DNA from: Eledone cirrhosa
Lineage: Eukaryota
Assembly (NCBI GenBank): GCA_964016885.1
Contig: OZ024740.1
Span: forward strand, 80,972,001 to 81,036,000
Direction: 5' to 3'
DNA length: 64,000 nucleotides
Positions 51,781 through 64,000 of the stretch are shown here, in pieces; positions within the stretch are counted from its first letter, which is position 1, and every line of letters starts with the position of its first letter. Below the pieces are notes generated by a model, which saw only the letters and a program-made list of their open reading frames with translations, was not told the origin of the DNA and did not search any database. Position numbers and translations under genes: made by a program.

Positions 51781-52299
51781 ATGTAGAGTGCATTGCGCAA
51801 GAGACAGTGTAGAGAAAATAATCCCATGGAATACAATTGTTATATAAGAAAATTATTGTCGTACGTGTAAGAAATAAATTTCCTCGCAATAAATAAAAAT
51901 AACAACAGAAGGTATTCTAATTTTTTTTATAAATATATTTTTTATTATACGTCTATCTTTTTACTATACTTCTATCCTTTCTGGAATGGGACCAAACCTT
52001 CATCAAACCTATGAACTGTCAGCCGGCCAACAATATCTATTTATTCTTTTAACGATTCATCTATTCATCCAACTCTCCATTCCTTCATCTATCCATCTCG
52101 CCACCCAGTAAGCACCATTGTCTTTATTTTTATTTATTAAGTTGTAATTTTACTGTAGCACAACGAGTCGCATTACGAAAGGAATAAGCAACATACTCTT
52201 TCTTTGTAATAAAACTTTGTACGGATGGAATAAATATACGAAATATAATACACATTGGAAATAAAATTATCGCTTAATAAAAAAATTACATATATATCA

Positions 52300-52772
52300 C
52301 TTGGAGAGAGTTCAACGAATAGTGACTCGAATGGTAGGGGTCTTCATGAGCTGCCCCACGAAAGCCGGCTGCAGAAGCCTAACCTCTTCTCTTTGGAGCA
52401 TCAACGGCTACGAGGCGATGTCATTTTGGCTTACAATCTCTTCAATGGCCCTTACGATCTCCCTCAAGATCTCCTATTTACTCCGGCACTTGAAAGGGGT
52501 CTACGTGTACATGACAAAAAGTGTTTCACCGCCGCTCTTGCCTAAATATACGGAAACTTGCTTTCTCGATCCGCATCTCTGGACCCTGGAATCGGCTTCC
52601 AGAAGACGTAGTCAACGCGCCAACCACGCAACAATTGAAGGCGAAATTGGACCGGTGTTGGACCACTATGTTTCCGACTGTATATATTTTGCCCTTCTCC
52701 CCTCCTTACATGGCATCTGAAGTATGTTTATTTTCTGCCAAATATATTTAATTGAATTGAATTGTATTGAAT
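52300..52772 (+). mobile_element. CR1/L2-like LINE 3' fragment
   Basis: ERVQRIVTRMV, SLEHQRLRGDVILAY, FSIRISGPWNRLP; (ATTGA)n tail at ~52750-52772. Confidence 0.85.
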
Positions 52773-52790
52773 ATATATAAGAAACATTAT

Positions 52791-52978
52791 TAGGTGGTTT
52801 GGCAGTATCGGTAGAGGGTCAGACACCATGCTTTCCAGCATAGTTACGTCCCTTTACGATCTGAGTTCAAATACCGCCGAGGGTGACTTTACCTTTCATC
52901 CTTACGGGGTCGATAAAATAAAGTACCAGTAATGCACTGGTTAATTGCTGGCCTTGTGCCTAAAGTAGAAACAATTAT
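52791..52978 (+). mobile_element. tRNA-derived SINE, full length
   Basis: A box tggcagtatcgg, B box gagttcaaatac, body and 3' end gtagaaacaattatt. Confidence 0.9.
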
Positions 52979-54183
52979 TACCTTTGCTTAGATGCATTTG
53001 TTCTAGTTCTTAAAGTTCTGAGTTCAAATCCTGCCGTGATTAAATTCCGAGGTTGATAAAATAAAGTGCCAGCTATAATTGACATTCCCATTCCCAGAAC
53101 AATTGCTAGCCATGTGCTAAAATGAGAAACCATATTTTCATATAAAACATTATATTCATGTTTCCACAAATACAAAAGTTTAGAATAAAACAATATCTGC
53201 ATAAAATATATTCTTATATATGTTTTATTTTCATCATTGAGATGCCTGCAAAGGCTTCCTTATATAGTAAATTGTTAGCAAAAATGTTTTGTTTAAAAAA
53301 GTTCTCCACATACTTAGCTATACTAATAGCAATATACAGCTAGTAGGTGTGCCTCTGAATTTCAGCTATTGTATCATAAACCGGAATAAAGATTATCCAG
53401 TTTACTCCCTACCGCTCACCAAGAAATATTAAAACATTAATAATGTAAATATCTTAAATGAGATCACGCCCATGACAGAAAAAATTACAACGTTATTTTG
53501 TAGTAGCACATCTATTACTTGTGGACACAGCACAGCCGAATAGATAAAAAAAAAGTTCCCTTCGTAATCATAATGTTCCGTGTTTGGTATCAGTTCGGGA
53601 CATCTTACACAAGTGTAATTTATTATAGCCTTGGTTTGACATAGCCTTGAGGGCAAAATTTGGTAAAAGCTTCATCGGATGGATTGTACTTGTAATTCAA
53701 ACCACCAATTGTGTCTCATCGTATCACACGTTAATTTAGCATTTCATCGGTTGTTTATGTGAAAAACTAGAACCGTTGATCGCCAATACCGTTGGAGGTC
53801 CATCAAGCTCTATTCCTGTGGCAGTTCATATCAAGCGCAAATTTTTGATTATTTCGGCATTCCATACTGTGTTGAGGCGAATTTCATTATGATATTTGTT
53901 CAGTTTCTTCCTACCTGTGTTCACACAATGTAATTACATGTCGAACAAAATATATTCCTAAATTATCTTCTTTTCGTTCTTATTATTGACCCTGTTGATA
54001 TGGAAATCGCGCAGCTACTGTATGCCGAAAAGATTGCTTTTGGTACGGAATCATTCACACTACTTCTCTTCGTACTATCAGTAATTTATTCCTTTGACAG
54101 ATTTAGAACATTTATTTGTTAAAAATGGATATAAGAAAACCATCTTTCATACAACTATATTCCTGAAATAGTGGAAGTAAAGT

Positions 54184-54228
<45 letters not shown>

Positions 54229-56996
54229 GAGAGAGAAAGAGAGTGAGCGATCTGACAATAAATTAGAAATACCATGTTCATAAACTACCTTACGTGCAGT
54301 CTGTTTTATATAGTGCTCTGCCCCTTATCATTCTCTAATTTAATTATTAGCCAAGTGTTTATTAGAAGTGTTGGTCTCGTGATTATAAGTTTGAGGTTTT
54401 AATCCCCAGACCGAATGGCACGTTGTGCCCTTCAGGGAAGCACTTCATACCAACTGGCTTCGGTTTGGTTATGATCTCACTGGACTGTGGCATCACTGGG
54501 CAACATCGATGGCGCGGAGATAATTGTATGCATAAACGATAGATAGTGACCTGATAAACGAACTTTCCAGGTGTAAACACTTGATCAATCATAATGCAAG
54601 CATGTTTTTTGTATTCTTTTCTTTCTAATCCCCGAACCACATAAAAAATCTTTAGTAACAGAGAAAAGTTGGGCCCAAAATATATATATAGTTTGTTTTG
54701 TAATAAAATTGCTGACTCTGCTCTTATTATGATATTCCTCAAAATTAAAATTTATTTCAGACTGTAAAAACTATAAAATATAACAAAACGACTGCATATT
54801 TAAAATCTTGAATCATGTCTCCGGCAATTGAATGTTTTATCTATGCAACAGTTTCATCGTTTCTGTATAAAATTGCAAAAACTATATTTATGAAAATATA
54901 CAAATAATGTAGTGTAAAAGTCTTTCATGAAGAATAACACACGCTAATCACAGTTGAACGAAAAAAATGCACGAAAACTCAAGAATAAAAGAGAATAACG
55001 TCTTCGATATGATTAGTAATAACCAACTTATCTCAGAAACTTATCCCTACCACAAAGCTTAGTTATGATATAATCTATTTTGACAGATTGGTATTAGGTA
55101 TAAATTATCTCTTCTGGCAGTCTGATAACGTGTCAATGATTATACTTAGAAACGCTTTTATTACTTTCCCAATATTTTCCTATGAGGTATTTCAATTTTA
55201 TTTGTTTCTTTTATTGACTAAATGATAATCATATATATATATTGAGTGGCATCAGATTTATTTACAATTTACTGCAATAAAATAGACACCAGCTAATGCT
55301 TTGCAATACCTATTTGCTTTCCTCATGATTCGATGCTCGAATTCCGATGAGACGAACATTATCTCATATACCACGCCGGATGTAAGAACGTGACATTTAT
55401 TTTATCTGAATAAAATGATAATATTAATAACAAAATAATATTTATTATTAACAACATCAATATTAATAGTCTCTTTTTTTTAACCACAGAATCCTGAAAC
55501 ATAATACAACATTGGTTATAGAAGATATTTATAAATTAACATGTTGGGCGTCTATATATTTTGTAATGGGTGAAGTGAATCTCTAGCCTCAGGGAGCCAG
55601 CTTGGCTGTTACTCTTCACTAATTCTATTGACCTGATATATGGGTCTGAATATTGTCTTTATATTGAGACCTTAGCATTTTCTACATTTCATAGTTTACT
55701 GTATGGTCAGGACAAACCATACAAGCGAGAAGCTCGTAGTCAGCCTGGAGAAGTGCGACAGGCTGTGTCTAATACTACACAAACATCGCTTAGGTCAATA
55801 CACACCTCGCTCCATTTAGATTCAAACATAGGACATTTGTTCAAATATTGAATCACTGGTGTGGTCGATAGGAGCTACACATATGTACGTGGTTCAACGA
55901 AAAGTACTACAGCATAATCTGATGAGAAAATTGTTTTAAGACATTTCAGACAGCTGCTATTTTGCATGGCTAAGTGTCGAGTTAACCCCATATGAGCGGC
56001 AGAACGGTCAGAGAAGAAGGAAGAGAGAGAGAGAGAGAGAGAGAGAGTCTAAAGAATATGATGAGAAGTATGTACAGAAATAAGAGGAGAAAAGCGGGGA
56101 TGAGAACGATGGAGGAAGCATTTTTAGGGGAGAATTACAAAACATAAAACAGTGGAGATACGTGATTTGTTGTTTTTTGCAGAGAAGTTATTTAACTTCC
56201 TGGAATTTTACGGAAGAATCATGTTATTTTCTTGCAGAATATCCCATTATTCTCTTTTTGTACCTTCTTCCGAAGAATAGAATATCTAAAACTGCTCCAT
56301 TTCAGCGAGAGAACCACCGTTGATATTCGCCATTTTATCCGCAACGAAGGTCTGAACATACAATTAGAACACACAGGATCTTCTCAAAGGGGATTACTCT
56401 CCAGACATTAACCTACATATACCAAACATATATGCACGTTTACTAACTGCCCCATCAACAATGCAGACATGTGCATGAGATCGTATATGATATGCAATGT
56501 GACATGTAAAATGTAATAGCTCATTCATTGGAAGCACTGTCCGGGAACTGCACGTTAGGATAAAAGACCACACGAAAACGAGTGCTACTTCTCTCAGAAA
56601 ACACTAAAAAACGAACACGCCCGAAATATTGATGCCAGCATAGAAGCCACTGGGAGGACCGTGGGTTATCTGGAGATTAAAGTAGTTATTATAAAAGACA
56701 TATTAGCAACAACCCTGAGCTACAGGGTGCAGTCAGGCGGTTATGACCGGCCTACACATCTCACATTCCGATCAACGATCAACCAAAACAAAGAAATAGG
56801 TCGTTGGAACAAATCACTCCGTTTGTGATTTGAAAAAAAAAAAATTCTAGCATTGTAATATTATGAAAATTATATAGTTTTATTTTGTTATTTTAATTTT
56901 ATCCAACTCTAGTTCCTATTTGTATTGTACATGTTTCCCAATAGTTTTTAGTCTCATATCTCATTATATTTCATATCAATTATGCACCCACACCCC

Positions 56997-57022
<26 letters not shown>

Positions 57023-57028
<6 letters not shown>

Positions 57029-57878
57029 ATACTTGGGGAGGGTCATATTGTTTGGTTGGTTTTCGCTTCTGTATCTTTTATATCAGGTAAATTATTCGGT
57101 CCTCAATGTTTACCATTGACGGACCAACGGTCAAAAATACAGATATAATATAGACACAAACACATATATATATAGTCTAATAAAGTTCTTTCGTTGCACA
57201 TCTGCAACATCGTCAGTGATACTATTATGTTTCCTCCTGTTGTATTGTATGTCTGTTGTATTTTACGCCATCTTTATTTAATCTGTTTATTTATTTATTT
57301 ATTTTTTTATTTTGCCTTCTCTGCGCATGCGTTTGCGTGTGTGTATAGTGTTTGATGTGTGTTCGTGTTTAGGTGACTGTGTTTTGGCTATTGTATTCAA
57401 TCTTAGTTTACTAGTGTGTGTTTATATGTGTTTGTTGTTATTGTACTTGTGTATGTATTTATTAATTTATTTATTTATTTATATTTCTCTTATGTCAGTA
57501 TTGTTTGTTTGGGTGTTGTTGCTATTTCATTATTTTTTTCTGTTTTGCCTTGGCCTTTTAAGTTCTATTTCACTGGCATCTCTGATTTGCCTATCTGCTG
57601 GGTCATTTCTATGTGTAGATATTATTTTAATTTCTATGTTGTCTATCTTACCGTCATGTTGTTGTCTGTCGTGTTCGTATAGTACTGAACCACATTTTCG
57701 TTCTTTTAGTTCCCCCCTGTGTTGGTCTATCCTTTCACCTATGCTATGAGCTGTCTCGCCTATGTATGTTGTTGTCATGTTTCAGCAAGTAGCCTCTGTA
57801 CATCCTATGTTTCTAGTTTTACAGTTTATCCGGGGGTTTACTTTACATATAATACATTTCCTATTAGTACAGTGGGAT
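57023..57878 (-). repeat. Inverted pseudo-LTR/3' copy of the adjacent PLE; includes HHR-like motif at 57181-57220
   Basis: Reverse complement of ~59260-60105; ORF 57530-57778 (TYIGETAHSIGERIDQH) duplicates the EN. Confidence 0.9.
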
Positions 57879-57894
57879 CTCCTACTTCCTTTCA

Positions 57895-59650
57895 ATGGCT
57901 ATACGCTCCATAATCAAGATATCCCCAGATGTATGTGTCAGTACAGAGGACCTCCTCAGCAGAATTAGTGAGTGCAACAAAACCAAAAACCTATCCAACT
58001 GCATAATAGGCAGTATGGACATGGTATCAATATACCCATCCATTAACATTGATTTTGCTGTGGAAAAATGTGTGGAGATAATCAGTGAGAGTGAAGTGGA
58101 GTTCTGCGACGTCGTCACAGACGAACTAGGCCTCCTACTTAGACTTACCTAAGACACTGACTACCTAGACAGCCATGACCTTAGCGGTTTCTGCCCCAGT
58201 AGATGCATAAGATGTAGACCCCCAGCATAACCTCATGGGAAGGTGGATTGGGTGGACCAAAGCCATACGGACCCCCAAAACAATGATCAGGTAAGAAAAA
58301 TGGTCGCACATGCAATAGGGGCTAGTATCAAAACTACCCTAAAGGGCCACATATTCAAATTCAACGAGAAGATCTACACCCAAAATGAGGGAGCAGCCAT
58401 TGGCGTCAGCATAGCTGGTGACGTTGCCCAACTTTTTATGGTATTGTGAGAAAGGAGACTCAAAGATCTCCTTGATGAGAGCTCCGTAGACCTCATCATG
58501 TACTCTCGTTACGTAGACGACATCAATATAGTAATAAGGGCATCCCCACAAAAGAATACTAACAAGTACGATTTAGAATGTAGCACAATGGAAAGCATCC
58601 AGCAGATAGCTAATTCCATACACCAGAGTATAACTGTAACTATCGACTACCCTTCCAAACACCCTAACAATAGACTACCTGTATTAGACACGGAACTCTG
58701 GATTAACACTATAGACGAGAGAGCCCAAATTCTCCACTCAGAATACGCTAAACCCATAGCCTCCAGATACCTGATACTCAAAAACTCAGCAACGTCCAGT
58801 AGTGCTAAGTTTAATATTCTGATCGCAGACCCGGTACGAGTGATGAAGAACGTGTCCCGCATGTGCGACCCAACAGAAATGGAAAGACACATCCAACACT
58901 TCATCAATCGCATGCAGTTCTCTGGCTACAACCAAAGAGACAGAATCAGAGTATACGTAGGAGCCATGGAGAAGTATAAGACCCTCATAGAACTGGACAT
59001 GAAAAGAATTTGCCCATTATACAGGAGCAAATCATGGAATAGCTTAGATAGGACTAGACATAAGATAGGGAAAGCCACCTCATGGTACGACAACCAGAGA
59101 TACCAGAGTGTCATGTTTGTGCACGCTACTCCTGGAGGGAAATTAGCTAACCAGTGTAGAAAGGCCCTGAGAAAGACCCACTTAAAGATTAAGGTGGTAG
59201 AAAAGCCAGGTCCCACCATAAAATCCCTGATCAGCAAAACATACCCTTTTAAGAAAACCCACTGTACTAATAGGAAATGTATCATATCTAAAGTAAACCC
59301 CCGGATAAACTGTAAAACTAGAAACGTAGTCTATAGCATAAGATGTACAGAGGGTACTTGCAGAAATATGACAACAACATACATAGGCGGGACAGCTCGT
59401 AGCATCGGTGAAAGGATAAACCAACACTGGGGAGAACTAAAGTACGAATAAACGGTTCAGTACTATACGAACACGCCAGACAACAACATGACGGTAAGAT
59501 AGACAACATAAAAATTAAAATAATATCTAAACATAGAAATGACCCACCAGATAGGCAAATCAGAGAGGCCAGTGAAATAGAACTTAGAAGGCCAATGTTA
59601 AACAGAAAAAATGAATGGAATAACAACAACACGCAAACAATACTGACCTA
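57895..59650 (+). mobile_element. 5'-truncated canonical Penelope-like element (RT + CCHH GIY-YIG), different clade from the other three
   Basis: IIGSMDMVSIYPSI, EGAAIGVSIAGDVAQLFM, YSRYVDD, LPVLDTELW, CKTRNVVYSIRC...C...YIGGTARSIGERINQH; in-frame stops. Confidence 0.92.
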
Positions 59651-59868
59651 AGTGAGTGAAATATAAATAAATAAATTAATTAATACACAAGCACAATAAC
59701 AACAAACACATATAAACACACACTAGTAAACTAAGATTGAATACAATAACTAAAACACAGTCACCCAAACACGAACACACATCAAACACTATACACACAC
59801 GTAAATAAATAAACAGATTAAATAAAGATAGCGTAGACATATAATACAACAGGAGGAAACATATTAGC

Positions 59869-59910
59869 ACCACTGACGATGTTGCAGATGTGCAACGAAA
59901 GAACTTTGTT
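59869..59910 (+). ncRNA. Minimal hammerhead-like motif in PLE pseudo-LTR (family H)
   Basis: ca-CTGACGA-t gttgca gatg tgcaac-GAAA-gaac-TT-tg; strong stem II, weak stems I and III. Confidence 0.6.
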
Positions 59911-60148
59911 AGACTATATATATGTTTGTGTCTATATTATATCTGTATTTTTTACCGTTGTGCAGTCAATGGTAAACATTGAGGACCGAATAATTTACCT
60001 GATATAAAAGATACAGAAGCGGAAACCAACCAAACAGTGAGTGTGTTTTGTTATTAATTCTGGCAATATTATTACAACAATATGACCCTCACCAAGTATA
60101 ACAATATTTGTTTCGACACATGATTTCATATAAAAAATCTCGCAAAAC

Positions 60149-60177
<29 letters not shown>

Positions 60178-60179
<2 letters not shown>

Positions 60180-60833
60180 CTAAGGCGGGTAAAATTCCCG
60201 AGATCCATGGACGAGTTCTCTCCAGCGGTCTCTGTCCCTCATTATCGCTGCCATATCCTGCATCTCCAACAGACCAGTGTCTGTCCTTATGGCATCAACA
60301 TATGTTAACCTTGGTCTTCCTCTTCTAGTGTGTCCATGTAGGGGCTCCCGAAGGAGCACTGAGTGCAATGTCAACTCTGGATGTCGGTGAGCATGTCCAG
60401 CCAACCTCAGTCTCCTCTGTGTCACTTTTGAGCTGACTTTTGGGATGCTCCCATACAGCTCTGAGTTTTTCATCCTCAGTGTATACTGATTAATGTTCAG
60501 AGCCATCCTCAACATTCTCGTGTAGCACCCATCCACCATCTGAGTGAGTCTCTTGGTCAGTGTCCAAGTCTCAGACCCATACAGCAGCACAGACTCCACT
60601 ACAGCAATGAAGAGGCGGATTTTCAGGACTCTACGAAGGTCCGATTCCCACACCGATCTCAAGCTGTGACACGCCGCCCAGGCCTTGCTCTTCCTCTCAA
60701 CCACATCATCTTCCGTATTCCCAATCTTTGCTCCCAAATACAGGAAGTCCTCAACCAATTCCAGCGGCTTCCCGCCTACATTAGTGATCCCCTCTGCCTT
60801 CTCAAGATCTCGGGAATTTTACCCGCCTTAGAT
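60178..60833 (-). mobile_element. RTE-type LINE 3' fragment bounded by a 28-bp inverted repeat
   Basis: VEDFLYLG, ESVLLYGSETWTLT, RRLRLAGH, RGRPRLTY, DRDRWR. Confidence 0.88.
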
Positions 60834-60875
60834 ATATATATATATATATATACTTATATACATATATATACATAC

Positions 60876-60908
<33 letters not shown>

Positions 60909-61010
60909 GTAATAACAATAAATTTGAAGACTAAAATCCAACAAGGGCTCGATAAGGATAAATATATATCAAATGTATAAAAACCGTAAAGTAAATATTT
61001 AAATCTGTTA

Positions 61011-61078
<68 letters not shown>

Positions 61079-61346
61079 GATATATATATATAGGTGGCTG
61101 CCAACTCGTTTTCGAGTACGGCCACTACTTTATATCCATGTAGGAGAACCCCTACCGATGCGGTGAACGAGCGTGACTTTTTAGTCCAGCCAGCGATTTG
61201 AAAACTCTGGTACAAATACTACACTTGTGTCAATTATTGACACATAGTGCTGGGCCCATGGTAGAGATCTCCAGATATAAAGCAATGCCTGTGCTATGAA
61301 GCTTTTATAGTGAGCAATATACGTACATACATACATATATATATAC

Positions 61347-61420
<74 letters not shown>

Positions 61421-61454
61421 ATATATATATATATATATATATACATATATATAC

Positions 61455-61544
<90 letters not shown>

Positions 61545-62249
61545 GTATTACACTCTTGGATCACCAGATATGAACTTTCCCGATATAAGGTATGACACCC
61601 TATGTTTATTTTTTTTATATGAATATTGATTGTTTGTTCCTGTATCTCATATCTCTTATTTTGCCTGAGATAATATCTCTATGTATCTTTAAACAGTGCA
61701 CACATATATTTATTTTTTCAATCCAATTGAGTTCTCCGCACGAGGCATGAATTCTTGTCAGAGTTCAATGACCTGCGTATATATTATTTTTCACGGTAGC
61801 CTCCTCCTCCCATTTTGGGGACCGTGTGAGATTTTCTTTAGAACTGCTGGACTTACAATCTAACAGTTCAACCTAACAGTTCAACCTTACAAATATTGAT
61901 GCTGATTTAGTTGTTAATATTAATATTATTGGGCAGCCACTGAAGATTTATAAGAACCCACTTGCATAAGAATCCATTGATCTTACACAAGCTTCTACAT
62001 AACTTGGTATAATTTCACCCACTATGTAGAAATCTTATAATGAAACGATCGTTTGGGGAATGAGATCTTTAATATATCTCATATGAAATAATACAGCCAA
62101 TTATCCACACAATACAATATAGTTATCACCCAAATGTTTAATTGGGAATATATTCAGGTATTTCCAAATGTTTGTTGAGTGAGTTGGTAATTGGTCGGAG
62201 TATCGTTATTAGCTTTCTCCGTTTATGTAATTATATATATATATATATA

Positions 62250-62687
62250 AATGAGGTAAATATCTCACTGTGTACTAAGTACACATTGAGATATATAGGG
62301 TGTCTATAATATAATTGTTGTTCTATGGTACTAATTCGAGATACCAGAACTATAAAAATTGATGAGCAGAACAAACAAACATTAAACAATCCTTTAACTA
62401 AATTAAAAATAATTTAAATATCTAGCGGCCAGGTCACGTGTGGGTCACTTTAACGGCTATAACTCATACGAGCTGGAAGTAGGCATTATATTTGCGGACC
62501 ATGGGACGTATGTCCTATAGAAAGGAAATACCTCTCTGATGAAATCTACTTTCCGTTGGAAATTCTCTTAATTTCCAATCTTTTGTGGATGGAAACCGCC
62601 GGTAATAGCATTATGAACAGGTAGATATTTAAATTATTTTTTAATTTATTTAAAGGATTGTTTAATGTTTGTTTGTTCTGCTCATCA

Positions 62688-62690
<3 letters not shown>
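62250..62690. mobile_element. Family F element with inverted ends; HHR at 62531-62610 (+)
   Basis: 62356-62423 inverted against ~62622-62690; CTGATGA...GAAA-ccgccgg-TA-atagc present, stem I degenerate. Confidence 0.78.
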
Positions 62691-62732
<42 letters not shown>

Positions 62733-62763
62733 GGGGGTGTATATCTATATATATATATATATA

Positions 62764-63712
62764 TGATGATGAATTCCAACCGTGACCATCTCCGCTGAAA
62801 GTTTTCATGAAATAGTCTTACGACTATACAGAGCATTTGAAGTTTTTCCAAATTGAAGGATAGGTATCTTGAACTTTATTTTATCATGAATTAAGGCTCT
62901 ATTGATTTTTCCCTGGATTTCACTAAATTCTGTGGATGAATTTATATCCTGATTCTCTTTAAGATGAGTTTAAATTATTTTTCCCACATCTCACGTTAAC
63001 TATTTTTCCCATTTTGACGCTATAGTCACTTACATACTATGGAATGCTGTTCGCTTTTCGCTGCAGTGTTTTCTATACCTTTCATTTATATATTTATACT
63101 CGGATTTTTCTTCGAGTGCTTAAATTATTTGTGACTAATCCCGGTTTTTTTATAAAAAACTGCGATAATATTGCATTTTGCTGAACTCCTTAGTGTAGAG
63201 TTTTTTTCGGAATGTTTTTGACTGTTGTTTCTTGTAAACAAACTTTCGTCTCATTCTGACGTCAATAGCCATTTTTTCCTCGTGTGCGTTTTTCGTGATC
63301 ACGCATGATGTTGGACTGGCCAGCTTTAGAATTCCCTTTTTGGTATATTAATCTGCGAGAATCCTGGTTATCGAGTTGAGCTCTGCTGATGATGAACTCC
63401 AACCGTGACCATCTCCGCTGAAAGTTTTCATGAAATAGTCTTACGACTATACAGAGCATTTGAAGTTTTTTCAAATTGAAGGATAGGTATCTTGAACTTT
63501 ATTGTATCATGAGTTAAGGCTCTATTGATTTTTCCCTGGATTTCACTAAATTCTGTGGATGAATTTATATCCTGATTCTCTTTAAGATGAGTTTAAATTA
63601 TTTTTCCCACATCTTACGTTAACTATTTTTCCCATTTTGACGCTATAGTCACTTATATACTATGGAATGCTGTTCGCTTTTCGCTGCAGTGTTTTCTATA
63701 CCTTTCATTTAT
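62764..63712 (+). mobile_element. Family I: 623-bp unit, ~1.5 tandem copies in (TA)n
   Basis: 62764-63090 repeated at 63387-63712. Confidence 0.88.
63380..63457 (+). ncRNA. Type I hammerhead ribozyme (family I)
   Basis: gctctg-CTGATGA-tgaa...ttca t-GAAA-tagtc ttac gacta-TA-cagagc: 6-bp stem I and 5-bp tetraloop stem III. Confidence 0.88.
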
Positions 63713-64000
63713 ATATATATACAGAGAGAGAGATAGAGATAGATGGATAGATAGATAGATAGAGAGAGAGAAAGGGTGGAGAGATGGTAAGAAACACTCA
63801 AGAGAGCTAGGCAACAGAACATCTTCACTTCAGAGAAGAACCTCCTAATGCAAGTGTTTTGCCCCCCCCCCGCCTTGATTTCGTACATTCTAACTGAACC
63901 GGACCGCGCCCAGGTCATGCCTACAGGGTGCCCTTCTTCTGACTCGTTTTAGCCAGTTGGCTATCGATTTATTGTGCATTTAAACCGTACGGAGCTTTTG

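Noticed and set aside
55912-55970. CTGATGA-hairpin-GACA-gctgc-TA
   Set aside because: GAAA is mutated and stem I is unpaired; single copy, so it cannot be separated from chance.
53300-56900. Possible host exon or gene
   Set aside because: No convincing ORF or recognisable protein motif; small exons cannot be excluded without transcript data.
58440-58452. In-frame TGA in a PLE as possible selenocysteine
   Set aside because: Not at an evident Cys position, the copy has other stops/frameshifts, and its EN is C-terminal, unlike the Sec-encoding Naiad clade.

Overview
AT-rich, microsatellite-dense eukaryotic intergenic/intronic DNA made almost entirely of retroelements; no host protein-coding gene is supportable. 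The tRNA-derived SINE and the (TA)n/(CA)n load suggest a cephalopod such as Octopus (inference only). Contents: (1) a near-identical head-to-tail dimer of a 5840-bp L1/Tx1-clade LINE with intact ORF2 (6956-18623), plus two copies of a related subfamily, all ending in or joined through (ATT)n; (2) four Penelope-like elements (PLEs; RT, with C-terminal GIY-YIG visible in three), two with long inverted pseudo-LTRs; (3) degenerate R4/Dong-like, RTE and CR1-like LINEs and several SINEs; (4) most notably, about 20 type-I hammerhead ribozyme (HHR) motifs from about nine sequence families, read by eye. Most lie in small non-coding units that are tandem, inverted or circularly permuted and sit in (TA)n (retrozyme-like). 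They include a family with a U3-A8 compensatory core in all three copies and a loop-less ~395-bp palindrome with one hammerhead per arm. All calls are manual; no searches or folding were run. Most short ORFs in the track are microsatellite or antisense artefacts.
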